Source of the DNA: an uncultured virus (IMG/VR IMGVR_UViG_3300020557_000008) | Lineage: Duplodnaviria > Heunggongvirae > Uroviricota > Caudoviricetes | Length of the DNA: 64,000 nt | Virus record (IMG/VR): IMGVR_UViG_3300020557_000008 | Coordinates: 1-64,000 of that record | Strand: one strand, 5' to 3' | In this document: in pieces, positions 49,697 to 60,187 of the stretch | How the letters are laid out: each line of letters starts with the position of its first letter | How positions within the stretch are numbered: position 1 is the stretch's first letter | The notes under the pieces: generated by a model | Seen by the model: the letters and a program-made list of their open reading frames with translations, nothing else | Databases searched by the model: none | Told to the model about the DNA's origin: nothing | Position numbers and translations under genes: made by a program

Positions 49697-52390
49697 TCAG
49701 CCTTCTTCAGGCTCTTTCATGTGCAAATACATGGCGGCGGCGATTGCCAGAACTGTTGATACTCCAGCAATTCTCTGAATAGGCCCAGACAAAGTTAAAT
49801 ACACAACAAGTGAGCCAGCAATCGTAAAGCCCATGTTGAGCAAGCCGTAGACGAACTTCTTGATAAATGCTTTCCAGTTCATAACCTTCACCCCATTTAC
49901 ATATCTGTAAATACTTATACTCTTAATCCAATCCAGACCGTCGCCGGCAATTTCGCCAGCAGCCTCAGATTCTTCCTCTTCATTCCGTCTAGTGGCTGTG
50001 TCTTGCTTTGTAGTCGGAGAAGAACCGCTAGGGCCACCGGAACCACCGGAACTTGGCCCGATTGGACCACTGGCGCTCAGCGCGGCTGCGGATGCCGTGA
50101 GCAGGCTTGCGGCAACGACGGTACGACGCTGTCCAACATCGATGGTTTGGCCCAGCATCGTGTAATTATCAAATGCACCCTGGAATAGGTCCACAACCTC
50201 TTCAAACACCCCTCTAATGGCTTCTGGAGCGCTCTGGACGGCCTCTACGACTGCCTCTGCCTGCTCATCGCTAAGGCTTTCTGCGGATACCTGCTCAAAG
50301 ACCGCCTCTGCTTGGGAGGAATCTATGGACTCAAGTACGGCTGCGCTAGAGGCCAACTCTGCAGCCACCGAGGAATCAACACCAGCGCTTAAGACCGCCT
50401 CAACCACAGCGACAATCTTCTCCTTTTCTTCCTCTGTGAGTTCTTCAACTGGCTTGTCTTCTGAAATTGAGTCAAGAATGGCCCCTACGACGGCGACCAA
50501 TTCCTCTTCGTCAGTGATTGATTCTAGAACTTCCCCAACAGCCTCAATGATTTCTTCCGCCGAAGCATCATCATTAAGAACTGCATCTAGTTCCTCAACT
50601 ATTTCTGTTACAGTTTCATCTTGTGGGGATTCTGATTCTGTTTGGCTTTCTTGGTTTTCTGGTTCTGTCGTCTGTGGCTCTTCTTGCTGTCCTGCTTCTT
50701 CATCAAGTGGAAGAGTTTGCTCCTCATCAGGCTGAGTCTCAATCGGAGTAGTCGTTGCTGTTTCGTCTTCTTCTTGAGGCGGTAAAGTCGTGGGTGTCGT
50801 TACTGAAGGCTCTTCGTCTTCATCGGGAAGAGTCGTATCAGTCTCATCAGGCACAGTCGTTCCAGGCTCGGTCTCTTCTGGCTCAGGAACAGTGGTTGTC
50901 GGGGGAGGCGTTGTCTCCACGGGAGGAACAGTCGTCGTGGTCTGAGGGGCGACATAAACAGTCGTAGTTGTCGTAGTTGTGGTTGTAGTAGTTGTAGTTG
51001 AATTCGGGTCAATAACAGTTGCATCAACAGTTACTTCGGGTCCGTATACACACGGACCTACGCCTTCGCCAGAGAAGCAACTTTGATTTCCCGCTTTAAT
51101 GCCAAAGCGCACAGGTCCAAATCCAGTAGTTACGGGGTTGCTTCCAGAAAACATTCCAGTACTTAGCGAGTAGTTGGTGCCTTGGTTAGTCCACACACCC
51201 CAGCCACCTGACGTTGTTCCGCCAATTTCATCAAGGTCGTAAAAACTAACTGAGTAGCCGTAGACATTTAAGTTGCTTGATGCTGGAGCATCCCAGTCAA
51301 GGTCTATGCTTCCATCTGCGTTTGCTACAGCAGTGAGATTTGTGACTGCGTTGTAATATGGCGCAACCGTCGTTGTTGTAGTCGGCGGAACAGTAGTAGT
51401 TGTGGAAGTAGTCGTAGTTGTAGTCGTTTCAATTGCAGGGGCAGTTTCATTATTTGGCTGCACGCCACCAAATGTTGTGCAATTGCTTCCATCTGTGGCG
51501 CAACGATTTGTTACGCCAGCCGTATCATCAATCATTAACACTGGAGACAATGCGGTGTCGCCAAGGTTGAAAGATGCAAATCCAAGTTTGTATGTTCCGG
51601 TTACGGAAACTTCATAAGTGGAGGTTTGCCAGCCAGTTGAACCGTATGAATTAACCGAGTAGTCGCCAGTTCCTGGATTTGTAAATCCCAAAAGTGCATA
51701 CTGTGCTGTGTAGTTGTTAACTTTTATTACTGGAGTTGACCCAACCGTCACCGGAACAAGGGAAGTTATCGAGCCGTCGTTAAATGGAACATAGTCAGTA
51801 CCGACATAGTTCCAGGACATCGTGTATGTAACATCTGCCGTCAACTCGACTTCTTTGGTAATCCAAGCAGCATTGGTTGGATTTGGGCTTCCGTTGCCGG
51901 ATGCCTGTGCATCTGCTATCAATTCATTTTGTATTGCTGTTTGCGGTGAGCCGGACAAGCCGAGTGCTGACATTGCGGCCGAAAAGGTTGCCTCGTTATT
52001 CTTTGGCTGCAGTAAAGCAGCGTATGAATTGTTGTTTGGAGAAAATGTCCAACTTCCTGCTGCAACAGCAGGCGCATAATACTTATTTGGCTGACCGTTT
52101 ACCGTTGGACTGCCCATCGCGCCGTGGGGGCCATGCGTAAATGTTCTGGAACCGTTAAAAACAGAAACACCTGTTCCATTTCCGTTAATGGATGCACCAA
52201 GAGTCCCAGTCTGTGAGCCTTTGTCCCACCCAGTTAGGTTGCCAGCCTCAAATCCAGCACCTTGTATCGATTGTGATGGTATTCCAGTTGAATCTGCTAC
52301 GGCCGGATACACGCCTATCAGCGCAATAAGAAGGGACACCGGGCCAAGAATGCGGGCAAGTGCTTTTCGGTGGCGGTTCAGCGTAGACAT
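49697..52390 (-). CDS. Large secreted, membrane-anchored protein (beta domain, FN3-like, Thr-rich linkers, acidic helical region, C-terminal TMs)
   Basis: Signal-peptide-like N-terminus; poly-Thr tracts; hydrophobic C-terminal segments. Confidence 0.75.
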   Translation of the reverse strand: MSTLNRHRKALARILGPVSLLIALIGVYPAVADSTGIPSQSIQGAGFEAGNLTGWDKGSQTGTLGASINGNGTGVSVFNGSRTFTHGPHGAMGSPTVNGQPNKYYAPAVAAGSWTFSPNNNSYAALLQPKNNEATFSAAMSALGLSGSPQTAIQNELIADAQASGNGSPNPTNAAWITKEVELTADVTYTMSWNYVGTDYVPFNDGSITSLVPVTVGSTPVIKVNNYTAQYALLGFTNPGTGDYSVNSYGSTGWQTSTYEVSVTGTYKLGFASFNLGDTALSPVLMIDDTAGVTNRCATDGSNCTTFGGVQPNNETAPAIETTTTTTTSTTTTVPPTTTTTVAPYYNAVTNLTAVANADGSIDLDWDAPASSNLNVYGYSVSFYDLDEIGGTTSGGWGVWTNQGTNYSLSTGMFSGSNPVTTGFGPVRFGIKAGNQSCFSGEGVGPCVYGPEVTVDATVIDPNSTTTTTTTTTTTTTVYVAPQTTTTVPPVETTPPPTTTVPEPEETEPGTTVPDETDTTLPDEDEEPSVTTPTTLPPQEEDETATTTPIETQPDEEQTLPLDEEAGQQEEPQTTEPENQESQTESESPQDETVTEIVEELDAVLNDDASAEEIIEAVGEVLESITDEEELVAVVGAILDSISEDKPVEELTEEEKEKIVAVVEAVLSAGVDSSVAAELASSAAVLESIDSSQAEAVFEQVSAESLSDEQAEAVVEAVQSAPEAIRGVFEEVVDLFQGAFDNYTMLGQTIDVGQRRTVVAASLLTASAAALSASGPIGPSSGGSGGPSGSSPTTKQDTATRRNEEEESEAAGEIAGDGLDWIKSISIYRYVNGVKVMNWKAFIKKFVYGLLNMGFTIAGSLVVYLTLSGPIQRIAGVSTVLAIAAAMYLHMKEPEEG

Positions 52391-52455
52391 TTTGCAACAA
52401 AGTTATGTTGCAAAAACAAATAGTCTTCATAAGACCCAGTACCTGTATAGGCAAA

Positions 52456-53550
52456 CTACAAACTACTTATTTCCTTAAACACAGACACCCATTCCGGTCC
52501 AGTCTTTGACATAGTAAATTCTTTTTCAATAATCTTGTTTATCTTTTTTGACTCTTCTTCGCGTACCTTGAACTTCATAAGTTCATCAAAATGACCTATC
52601 CAATCGGCATCGCATTTTGCAATTCTTCCAACTCCCATCGATGAGAGATACTCATATTCCGGCAAAGCAGAAGCAACAAAAGGTATTCCAGAGGCGGCAT
52701 ACTCAACGCCTTTGATAAAGGATTTTGCCCTATTAAACGGAATATCATTTAGCGGTACTACACCGATGTCAAATTTTGCGTGGGCGTCCTGCATTTCAAA
52801 CAGTGGAACCATTCCGCTAACTGTGCAGTTCTTGGGATTTATGCCAAGCCTCAAGTATGCCGCTGGAGCCCATATCAGGTGGCCTGCGTGATGAAATTTT
52901 ATTTTATTTTTTTCCAAGTACGAATCCAAGAAAGGTTGCATTACCTCAAGGTCCATTGACCGCCACGGTGTAGCGCCAAGCCAGCCGATTACTGGCGCTC
53001 TGTTAACCGCTTTTAAGCGCTTAAATGAATTGTTCTGTATGGCGTTGCGAACCATAAATATTGGCTTTGACGGATACTTCTTTGAAAAGTAATCGCGTAT
53101 AAATGGGGTTGAGCAAATTAGCGCATCAGAGACTTTGATTATCTCTGCGTATATTTCTCTATTGTTATCTTTGTTGGAATTTGGCGAACTGGATTGATAT
53201 GCCAAATTGGTTGAATGCAGTTCGTCATAAAGGTCATCTATGTCAACAACTATCTTTTGACCACGTGACTGTGCCTTTGGAATTCGCTCAAGAACTTCCT
53301 TTGACATAATAACTTTCAACACAATAATATTGTTGTTGTTAGAAAAACTTTTATTCAATCTTTTGATTGCAAACTCTCCATTTGGTTTTACTGACAAAAA
53401 TCCAAAAGCAGATGCAGCGCCAGCAAGATTTAACTGCTGCGACGGAAGTATGGACCGATACCAAGTGCACCCATTTGGAACATGCTGGCCGTCAACGACT
53501 GACCAGTCAAGAGATGCAAATCCAACATTCATTTTGGATAATTTGTTCAT
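52456..53550 (-). CDS. Glycosyltransferase (GT-B, GT4-like)
   Basis: WYR...P, VVDIDD, IGW.G, DIG.VPL....FN.AKS..K..EY.A.G.P. Confidence 0.85.
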   Translation of the reverse strand: MNKLSKMNVGFASLDWSVVDGQHVPNGCTWYRSILPSQQLNLAGAASAFGFLSVKPNGEFAIKRLNKSFSNNNNIIVLKVIMSKEVLERIPKAQSRGQKIVVDIDDLYDELHSTNLAYQSSSPNSNKDNNREIYAEIIKVSDALICSTPFIRDYFSKKYPSKPIFMVRNAIQNNSFKRLKAVNRAPVIGWLGATPWRSMDLEVMQPFLDSYLEKNKIKFHHAGHLIWAPAAYLRLGINPKNCTVSGMVPLFEMQDAHAKFDIGVVPLNDIPFNRAKSFIKGVEYAASGIPFVASALPEYEYLSSMGVGRIAKCDADWIGHFDELMKFKVREEESKKINKIIEKEFTMSKTGPEWVSVFKEISSL

Positions 53551-54660
53551 TTACTTGATGTCCATAATATTCATGAATACGTTTTCCCATTCTTTTGCAA
53601 TGACGTCCATAGAGAATTGTTCTTTAAGTATTTCTTGAGAAACTTCTGCTTCATCATTTCGCATATTGTGATTCAGTAACTCATCAAAATGGTAAAGCCA
53701 ATCCGACTCTGAATAGGCTACTCTCCCAATACCGCTTTGGGCAAGGACTTCGTATTCCGGCGAATAAGAAGCAACAAAAGGTATTCCTGCCGCCGCATAC
53801 TCAAGGCCCTTCAGGTAGGACTTGGCATGATTGAACGGAATATTGTTCAGGGGAACAATGCCGATATCTATTTTCTTAAAAAGTTCTGGCAAGTTGAGTA
53901 TTGGAATCATTCCTTGTGTCGTTGACTTATCACTTGGAGCCCCAATAAGTTCAGATGCTTTTTGCGCGCCGTCTATGTGGCCCGAATGGTGAAAGGTCAA
54001 CTTATTTCGCAAGAGATAATCTCCAAAAAAGCCACTTAGTTGCTCCAGGTCATTGCCCCTCCATGGAGTTGCCCCGACCCATCCAATAACCGGTTTTTTG
54101 TAAAAGTGCTTTTTCTTCTTCCATCTACCCAGGTCAATTCCATTTCTAACCATAAATATCGGCTTCGATGGGTATTTGAGTTTGTATTGCTCATATAGAA
54201 ATGGAGTTGAACAAATGAGGGCGTGGGCTCTATTAATTACTGAAAAGTAGATATCTCTGTTGTTCTCTTTATTTGTTTCTGGATTTGTAGTTTCAAATGC
54301 CCTATTTGATTCCGGCAAGCCGTCAAACCAGTCATCGATATCTACAACAATCTTTTGCCCGCTTGACTCTGCTTTTTCAATTGCGGTCAAGTTGGATATG
54401 TGCATGGCAAGTTTGAACACGATTATGTTGAGTCCACTTGCCGTTCCTTCTTGTGAATAAAGTGGCTTTCGTATACCTATGCCTATTTCTCCGCTAGAAG
54501 ATGATGCAACAGTTCCGACAACAGCACCATGTCCAAACTTTTGAAGTTCTTTTAGCGGGAGCACACACCTATACCAAGTGCATCCATTTGGGATTAGCAG
54601 TTCTCCAACTTTGGACCAGTCCTGAGAAGCAAACCCGACAGAAAACTTAGACACATTCAC
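53551..54660 (-). CDS. Glycosyltransferase (GT-B, GT4-like), paralogue of neighbour
   Basis: Same motif set. Confidence 0.85.
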   Translation of the reverse strand: MNVSKFSVGFASQDWSKVGELLIPNGCTWYRCVLPLKELQKFGHGAVVGTVASSSSGEIGIGIRKPLYSQEGTASGLNIIVFKLAMHISNLTAIEKAESSGQKIVVDIDDWFDGLPESNRAFETTNPETNKENNRDIYFSVINRAHALICSTPFLYEQYKLKYPSKPIFMVRNGIDLGRWKKKKHFYKKPVIGWVGATPWRGNDLEQLSGFFGDYLLRNKLTFHHSGHIDGAQKASELIGAPSDKSTTQGMIPILNLPELFKKIDIGIVPLNNIPFNHAKSYLKGLEYAAAGIPFVASYSPEYEVLAQSGIGRVAYSESDWLYHFDELLNHNMRNDEAEVSQEILKEQFSMDVIAKEWENVFMNIMDIK

Positions 54661-54667
54661 AATGTAA

Positions 54668-55537
54668 CTATTTTGTATCTAAACCAATGACAAAGTAATG
54701 TCCACCACCTAAATGGTCCGGCACATTTACTGGCGAAGCAAACACGTTACCGACTGGAATATGTCGATTCTCAAGGTTGCCATGCGTAAGTTTGGATGCA
54801 TCTTCCCTGAGATTTTTTACCCACTTGATTGAATCGAGTTCCGATGTTTTTTGACTTGGGGATGGTGTTGATTCGTTCCTGCCTTGGGCAAACCAAGACA
54901 GATACGCATAACGAACACCTTGGATAACTGGCTTTATGCTGTGGCAGCCAGCATAAGAAGATGGGTACATGAGAATGTCTCCCACCTTTGGCTTGAATTC
55001 AATACCCCAAGGTGCATAAGAGACCTCTCCTCCAACATAATCATCATTGAGGATGACCGCTGCGGTGACAGTATTACAGATAGGGAAGGACGAAAGCGGA
55101 GTTGCGTTGTCTTCACCGTATGGCAAATCGCAGTCCGAGTGAGGTCCTATTCCTTGACCCTCTTCATATCTGATGAAATAACCTCTTGTTCTCCATCGAA
55201 TTGAATTAATCACTACCGGGAATAGCGCAGCATACTGAACCATGCTTTGATAAAGGGCATTTTCCAACGAAAGAATGAAATCAACATGCTCTTTCGGCAT
55301 GTCCTGATAAAGATAATTGTTGTACCTTATTGGAGCAGATTGGATGTCTTCATCTGAATATTCGTATAAACCGTTGTTTAGTTTTACATCTTTCGATATT
55401 GGCGATTCCGTGTACCCTTGAGGCAGTGTATTTTTTTCAATACCACTCATTACCTCTTTAAATAAATCTTGATTTATCAAAGACAAGTTTCCAAATTGGA
55501 CAATTCCTGAGCCGTGATGATGGATGTTCATTACCAA
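54668..55537 (-). CDS. 2OG-Fe(II) oxygenase (P4H-like)
   Basis: HSD...LNDDY.GG...H.I..V..G.RY. Confidence 0.85.
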   Translation of the reverse strand: MVMNIHHHGSGIVQFGNLSLINQDLFKEVMSGIEKNTLPQGYTESPISKDVKLNNGLYEYSDEDIQSAPIRYNNYLYQDMPKEHVDFILSLENALYQSMVQYAALFPVVINSIRWRTRGYFIRYEEGQGIGPHSDCDLPYGEDNATPLSSFPICNTVTAAVILNDDYVGGEVSYAPWGIEFKPKVGDILMYPSSYAGCHSIKPVIQGVRYAYLSWFAQGRNESTPSPSQKTSELDSIKWVKNLREDASKLTHGNLENRHIPVGNVFASPVNVPDHLGGGHYFVIGLDTK

Positions 55538-56406
55538 ATCCTTGATACGAGTGTGTGTAGGTGAGAACTGCCAGATGGGTCTTTTTTGTTGGCAAAAGCC
55601 AAAACATCCTCACGGAGTGAAGGCATGTACACATTAGTGGCCGATGAGTTAACCGAAGGGTCCACTACATATTCTCCAACTGCCTGATTTGGCGTTCCGT
55701 GCGCATACCAGCCCAAGTACGAGTACCTGTGCCCTCCAGTGACGGTTCTCACTTCGTGTCCTGCAACATAGTTGGAAGGAAACATCAGCACGTCACCCTT
55801 TTGTGGCTTGTATGTTATGTTCAAATAATTAAAGTGATGGTGGCCGCCAGTAAAGTTTTTTCCGTCTAATTCTTCTTCTGTATCAACGCAATCGTTGAGA
55901 TAAATCAAACATGAAACACTGTTTCTTGTGGCCAACTGTTGCTTTGGGTGGTCAAAACCATATGCATAGTCGGCACTCGTATCGCTATGAATCCCCAAGT
56001 AAAGTCCGCCCTTTGTTGGCGAATAAGAAACGAAATGCCCCTTAACTTTCCACCACACAACCTTGTAGGCCAACGGATATTCCCAAAAATAATGAAGCAG
56101 GCATTCATCTCTTGTTGATTCAAGCGCGTTAAGCAAGTTGACAACATCGGCATCATTTGATTGGTGCGCCACCGAGCATCTGCGGGGCATGTCGCCTGCT
56201 GCGTCTTCGGAATAGATATAGTCGCTTTTGTTTGAAAGAATCTTTTCGCCAGTTTCTGGGTCTATTGCCGGCTTGTACATTGATGGCGAATCAAGGTCTA
56301 CCAGTTCCTCGGCAATATCAAATACCGAGTCCCAATCCAGGGAGATTGCGTTCTTGAACAAAACTACGCCACCGCCCAAGTTCTCTATCAAGCAATTGCT
56401 ATTCAT
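55531..56406 (-). CDS. 2OG-Fe(II) oxygenase (P4H-like)
   Basis: HSD...YLND...GG...HEV..V.GG.RY. Confidence 0.85.
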   Translation of the reverse strand: MNSNCLIENLGGGVVLFKNAISLDWDSVFDIAEELVDLDSPSMYKPAIDPETGEKILSNKSDYIYSEDAAGDMPRRCSVAHQSNDADVVNLLNALESTRDECLLHYFWEYPLAYKVVWWKVKGHFVSYSPTKGGLYLGIHSDTSADYAYGFDHPKQQLATRNSVSCLIYLNDCVDTEEELDGKNFTGGHHHFNYLNITYKPQKGDVLMFPSNYVAGHEVRTVTGGHRYSYLGWYAHGTPNQAVGEYVVDPSVNSSATNVYMPSLREDVLAFANKKDPSGSSHLHTLVSRIW

Positions 56407-57316
56407 TTACAATGTTCCTGCTTTGCGGTAAATATTTTTTAGTGCTTGAACTATGAGTTCTTGTTGGAACCCCAGTCATCAATGGCTTTAGTTTACTTGA
56501 TGAATGCTTTTCACTAATGTACGAAACATAATCGTCAACAATAGTTGGCAGCCAAACCTGGCTTTGCTTGCCAACCGGGACACTTGGTCCTGGCTGTATG
56601 CCTCGTTCGATATGGGCTGAGCCATGCGAAAAATAAGAAATGTAAACGTATCTCTCCCCACTCAGGCATGGCCTCACTTCATGTGTGCCAAGGTAGTTTG
56701 ATGGGAATATGAGCAAATCGCCAGATTTTGGTTGATGTACAGAATTGGCATATACGAATTCAATTTCTCCACCGCTGTATTCATATTTGCCTAGTTCTTT
56801 TTGACTCCCAACGGACGAATTTAAATACAGCAACACACTCAATACATGCCTTGTAGCAAGTTGTAAATCCGGCTCAAAACCAACTTGATAATTCACTTCG
56901 TTGTCGTTGTGAGTCCCCATGCTGCTGCCTGCGCCATAAGCGGCCACATGGCCAGTTTCCGTCCACCATATATTTGGGAGAACATGCGGGTACATTTCTA
57001 TGTACATCAAAAGATGTTCATAGATGGTTTTTTCACATTCATTAAAAAATTCAACCAACTCTTTCGGACTATCTTCGTTGATGAAGTCCATGATGTGACT
57101 TGCGCTCTTTTTTATGTCTTCAATTTCGTATCTGTGGCCGCTTCTGTTTATCGCATAAGGCTCTTGTCCATCCTCATGAACAATGGTGTAATCGTCTTTA
57201 ATTGCCTTCTCTTTGAGCGATGAAAAATATGGAATAACCAGGTCTTGGTCAACTTCTATAGAATTTGGGAAACAGACAATGCCCATGCCGTAATTTATTG
57301 AAGTTTCCATACACAA
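56399..57316 (-). CDS. 2OG-Fe(II) oxygenase (P4H-like)
   Basis: HND...YLN...Y.GG...HEV....G.RY. Confidence 0.85.
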   Translation of the reverse strand: MCMETSINYGMGIVCFPNSIEVDQDLVIPYFSSLKEKAIKDDYTIVHEDGQEPYAINRSGHRYEIEDIKKSASHIMDFINEDSPKELVEFFNECEKTIYEHLLMYIEMYPHVLPNIWWTETGHVAAYGAGSSMGTHNDNEVNYQVGFEPDLQLATRHVLSVLLYLNSSVGSQKELGKYEYSGGEIEFVYANSVHQPKSGDLLIFPSNYLGTHEVRPCLSGERYVYISYFSHGSAHIERGIQPGPSVPVGKQSQVWLPTIVDDYVSYISEKHSSSKLKPLMTGVPTRTHSSSTKKYLPQSRNIVNE

Positions 57317-57349
57317 ATACTATATGGGCACAAACCCACAAGCAAGAAT

Positions 57350-58096
57350 CTAATTCTTTACAAAAACCGTAACCCCGTAAAATTGCGGAAAATGATACGA
57401 GGTTCCCGACAAGCCTTTGAGATTTTCATGGAACTGGTAATACGGGTGCCAAGTGTATGAGGACGAGTACATATTTGATGCATCGTTTGTTGCGGAAATA
57501 ACAAGCGTCCCGCCCGGAGCCAAAGCGTTGACCAACGAATCGAGATACTCCATATCAAACGCCACATCCCAGGATTGAACTGCAATCATTTCAAATTGTT
57601 CATCGATTCCAGAAATAAGTTCTGACTTGTCGTACACCGAGTACCCAAAGGAGGTGTGCTCGTAAACGTTTTTTAGATTTTTCTCATACATGAAAAGGCC
57701 GACATCGTTCACAAAATTTATATTTGCATTTTTGAAACCGTCAAAAACATTTTCTGGCGCCAAAAGAAAACGAGACACCGAACTGCTAAGTCCCCCAACA
57801 AACAGTATTGATGTTGGTTGCTTGGTGCGAATTAAAAAATCCTCTATTGCCATTTGGGGAATTATCGCGCCAACCCAAAATTCATCAGTCATGTCTTTTG
57901 AAACTCGCCACTGCATTGACACGGTGGACAAACCCACAGCGTTATGGCTCAAGTCAACACTTGCCTCGGCCATCGTGTTCCAGCACTTGGTTGACCAGTC
58001 TTCCATGTTTGTTTTAAATTCATTGGAGACCAGCGACGTGCCAGACGAAGAAAGTTGTGTACTTACCATTCCGGCGAAAAGGACTTCTGGTTTCAT
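57350..58096 (-). CDS. Divergent Rossmann methyltransferase-like protein
   Basis: P.SILFVGG; FEMIAV; ALAPGGTLV. Confidence 0.5.
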   Translation of the reverse strand: MKPEVLFAGMVSTQLSSSGTSLVSNEFKTNMEDWSTKCWNTMAEASVDLSHNAVGLSTVSMQWRVSKDMTDEFWVGAIIPQMAIEDFLIRTKQPTSILFVGGLSSSVSRFLLAPENVFDGFKNANINFVNDVGLFMYEKNLKNVYEHTSFGYSVYDKSELISGIDEQFEMIAVQSWDVAFDMEYLDSLVNALAPGGTLVISATNDASNMYSSSYTWHPYYQFHENLKGLSGTSYHFPQFYGVTVFVKN

Positions 58097-58395
58097 AGTT
58101 CTTTCCCGTATTTAGATACTTGCAAATAGAAAAAAGCATTTCTAAGTTTCGGTATAAAGAAACTGTAATTGCGATAAATAAATGGATACGCTGGGTCTCT
58201 TCCAAATCCAGAATCTTTTGTGGAAAAAGTTTCTCTTAGGGCAGTGATAATTTGACCAATTTCGTAACTTTCAAAGTTGGCAGGGTCGAGACCGGTAACA
58301 AAAAGAATTTCAGCGATGTCTTGCCACAAATCCACAATATGCTTATCTGCGTCAAAAAGTTTTTCTGCTGAATTGGCAGCACACGACCTTGGCAT
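58093..58395 (-). CDS. Hypothetical protein
   Basis: ORF in operon. Confidence 0.65.
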   Translation of the reverse strand: MPRSCAANSAEKLFDADKHIVDLWQDIAEILFVTGLDPANFESYEIGQIITALRETFSTKDSGFGRDPAYPFIYRNYSFFIPKLRNAFFYLQVSKYGKEL

Positions 58396-58399
58396 ATCT

Positions 58400-58588
58400 T
58401 TACTGCTCTTTCGCTAAAAATCGGTCAGTGATATCGCAATTCATCATTTGACCGTTTTTAAATTCCCACTGCCTTGTGTCTGGGTTCCATTGAGCAACAT
58501 TGTTCTCATAATCCTTATACCTCAGCATGCGCGGCTTTTCTTCCTTTGCCTCATCTAGGTGAAGTGGAACAACTGGCTTTGGAATCAT
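58400..58588 (-). CDS. Hypothetical protein
   Basis: ORF in operon. Confidence 0.65.
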   Translation of the reverse strand: MIPKPVVPLHLDEAKEEKPRMLRYKDYENNVAQWNPDTRQWEFKNGQMMNCDITDRFLAKEQ

Positions 58589-58590
58589 GT

Positions 58591-58806
58591 CTAAGAGTCA
58601 GAAATCAAAACGTAATTGGCTACTTGACGCTTCAGCGATTCATGAGCAGCATATTCCGAATGCCCCTCTGGCAAATCGTGGTCGTATGAATCATCAATTG
58701 TCGATACGTCGACGCCAAGCGACATGCACAAGACGCCGATTGAGTGCTCAAGAAGTTTTTTTGCTTCTTGTTTTGCCTTGGCAAGTTGCGCTTCTGAGAG
58801 GTTCAT
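58591..58806 (-). CDS. Hypothetical protein
   Basis: ORF in operon; resembles neighbour (LGVDV/YGVDV). Confidence 0.65.
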   Translation of the reverse strand: MNLSEAQLAKAKQEAKKLLEHSIGVLCMSLGVDVSTIDDSYDHDLPEGHSEYAAHESLKRQVANYVLISDS

Positions 58807-58809
58807 TGA

Positions 58810-59058
58810 TTACCCAAGTTTTTCTAGACGTGATTTGAGGGACGCAATCGTTTCAAGTTTTTTCTTTACGTCCAGTTTCCATTGCTGAACATCTGTCTGG
58901 TTCTCGGCGAAAGACTCAGAAAAAGTGGCTTCGTCAAAGGTGTCAACGTCTACCCCGTAGCGAAGCAGTACGCCAAATACTTCTGTTTCCTGCGCTGCAA
59001 TTGCCTCTTCCACAAGGCGCTTTTGTGTCGCTACGTCAATATTTGTGTTGAGTTTCAT
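58810..59058 (-). CDS. Hypothetical protein
   Basis: AAGGAG RBS. Confidence 0.7.
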   Translation of the reverse strand: MKLNTNIDVATQKRLVEEAIAAQETEVFGVLLRYGVDVDTFDEATFSESFAENQTDVQQWKLDVKKKLETIASLKSRLEKLG

Positions 59059-59139
59059 TGGTCTCCTTTTAGCCGCGTCTTGACCGTTGTTGATTCAATA
59101 ATAGCACTGCTACTCAAAAAAAGGCAAAGGTGGCGACGC

Positions 59140-60171
59140 CTATAGCGACTGAACCTTGCCTCGTTTATTGTTGGCATCAAATACGTCTGAGTGCCTGTAC
59201 GCCTGCTTCAGGCCATCCTCCCCTTCTAGCGACCTATTTTGGAAAAGGGGATTTGGCTTACCGCTTAACTCCTCCTCGGATTTACCAAACTCCTCAATGC
59301 CACAGTACTTTTTATAATCTTCGTATAATGGCTCTAACCAATGCGGCTCGCACCACGCCTTTACCGTATCAACGTCGAATACTTCCACGAGCACATTGGG
59401 GTCACTGCTTCCTTGAGCGTAAAAAGTTAAATATCCGTACCGATTTCCTTCGGTGACAGTGCGAACGCCATGAGTCGCAATGAAATTACATGGAAACACA
59501 ACTATGTCTCCTGCTTTGGCCTGATACTCAACCCCCAAATAAGGAAAGAATAATTCGCCGCCTGAATACTGGTTCTCGCCAACCGTTCCCTCATCGACGC
59601 AATCGTTGAAATAAGCCATGATTGCAATTGTCTGACGTGCACCCAATTGTCCCTTCGGTATGTACTTCTTACCTTTTTCGGCTCTAAAATTTGTGTCGTT
59701 GTCATTGTGAACTCCCAAGTAGTTGCCCTTGGAGTATCTCAAAGCATGCCCTCTAGTCCTCCACCAAAGAGTTGGCAAAACCATTGGAAATTCGTGTATG
59801 TATTTCAGTACACATTTATAAATTGAATCTTCCAGATATCGAAAGAAATCAATCATATTTTGTTCGGTGTTCTCGTTGACAACCTGAAGCACTCTCACCG
59901 GCACTTCGTTCATCTGCTCTATGGAGAATTTATTGCCGTCTTCGTTTACGGCATATTTATTTCCTTCTAGGTCGTAGTCAAATTTCCATCTTTGCTCATG
60001 CGCATGCTTCCCTTCTTTGTCAATCCATGGAAGTAATTGTTCTTGATTTACCTTGAAGGCATTTGGAAATGCGATTACACCGCCACCAAGTTTGACCATG
60101 TCCATAGCCATGATTTCCTTGACTGCTTGGTCATCAATTGTTGGATAATAACCAAAGTATCTATCGTCCAT
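59140..60171 (-). CDS. 2OG-Fe(II) oxygenase (P4H-like)
   Basis: HND...YFND...Y.GG...HGV..V..G.RY. Confidence 0.85.
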   Translation of the reverse strand: MDDRYFGYYPTIDDQAVKEIMAMDMVKLGGGVIAFPNAFKVNQEQLLPWIDKEGKHAHEQRWKFDYDLEGNKYAVNEDGNKFSIEQMNEVPVRVLQVVNENTEQNMIDFFRYLEDSIYKCVLKYIHEFPMVLPTLWWRTRGHALRYSKGNYLGVHNDNDTNFRAEKGKKYIPKGQLGARQTIAIMAYFNDCVDEGTVGENQYSGGELFFPYLGVEYQAKAGDIVVFPCNFIATHGVRTVTEGNRYGYLTFYAQGSSDPNVLVEVFDVDTVKAWCEPHWLEPLYEDYKKYCGIEEFGKSEEELSGKPNPLFQNRSLEGEDGLKQAYRHSDVFDANNKRGKVQSL

Positions 60172-60187
60172 AAGGCAAATTATAACA

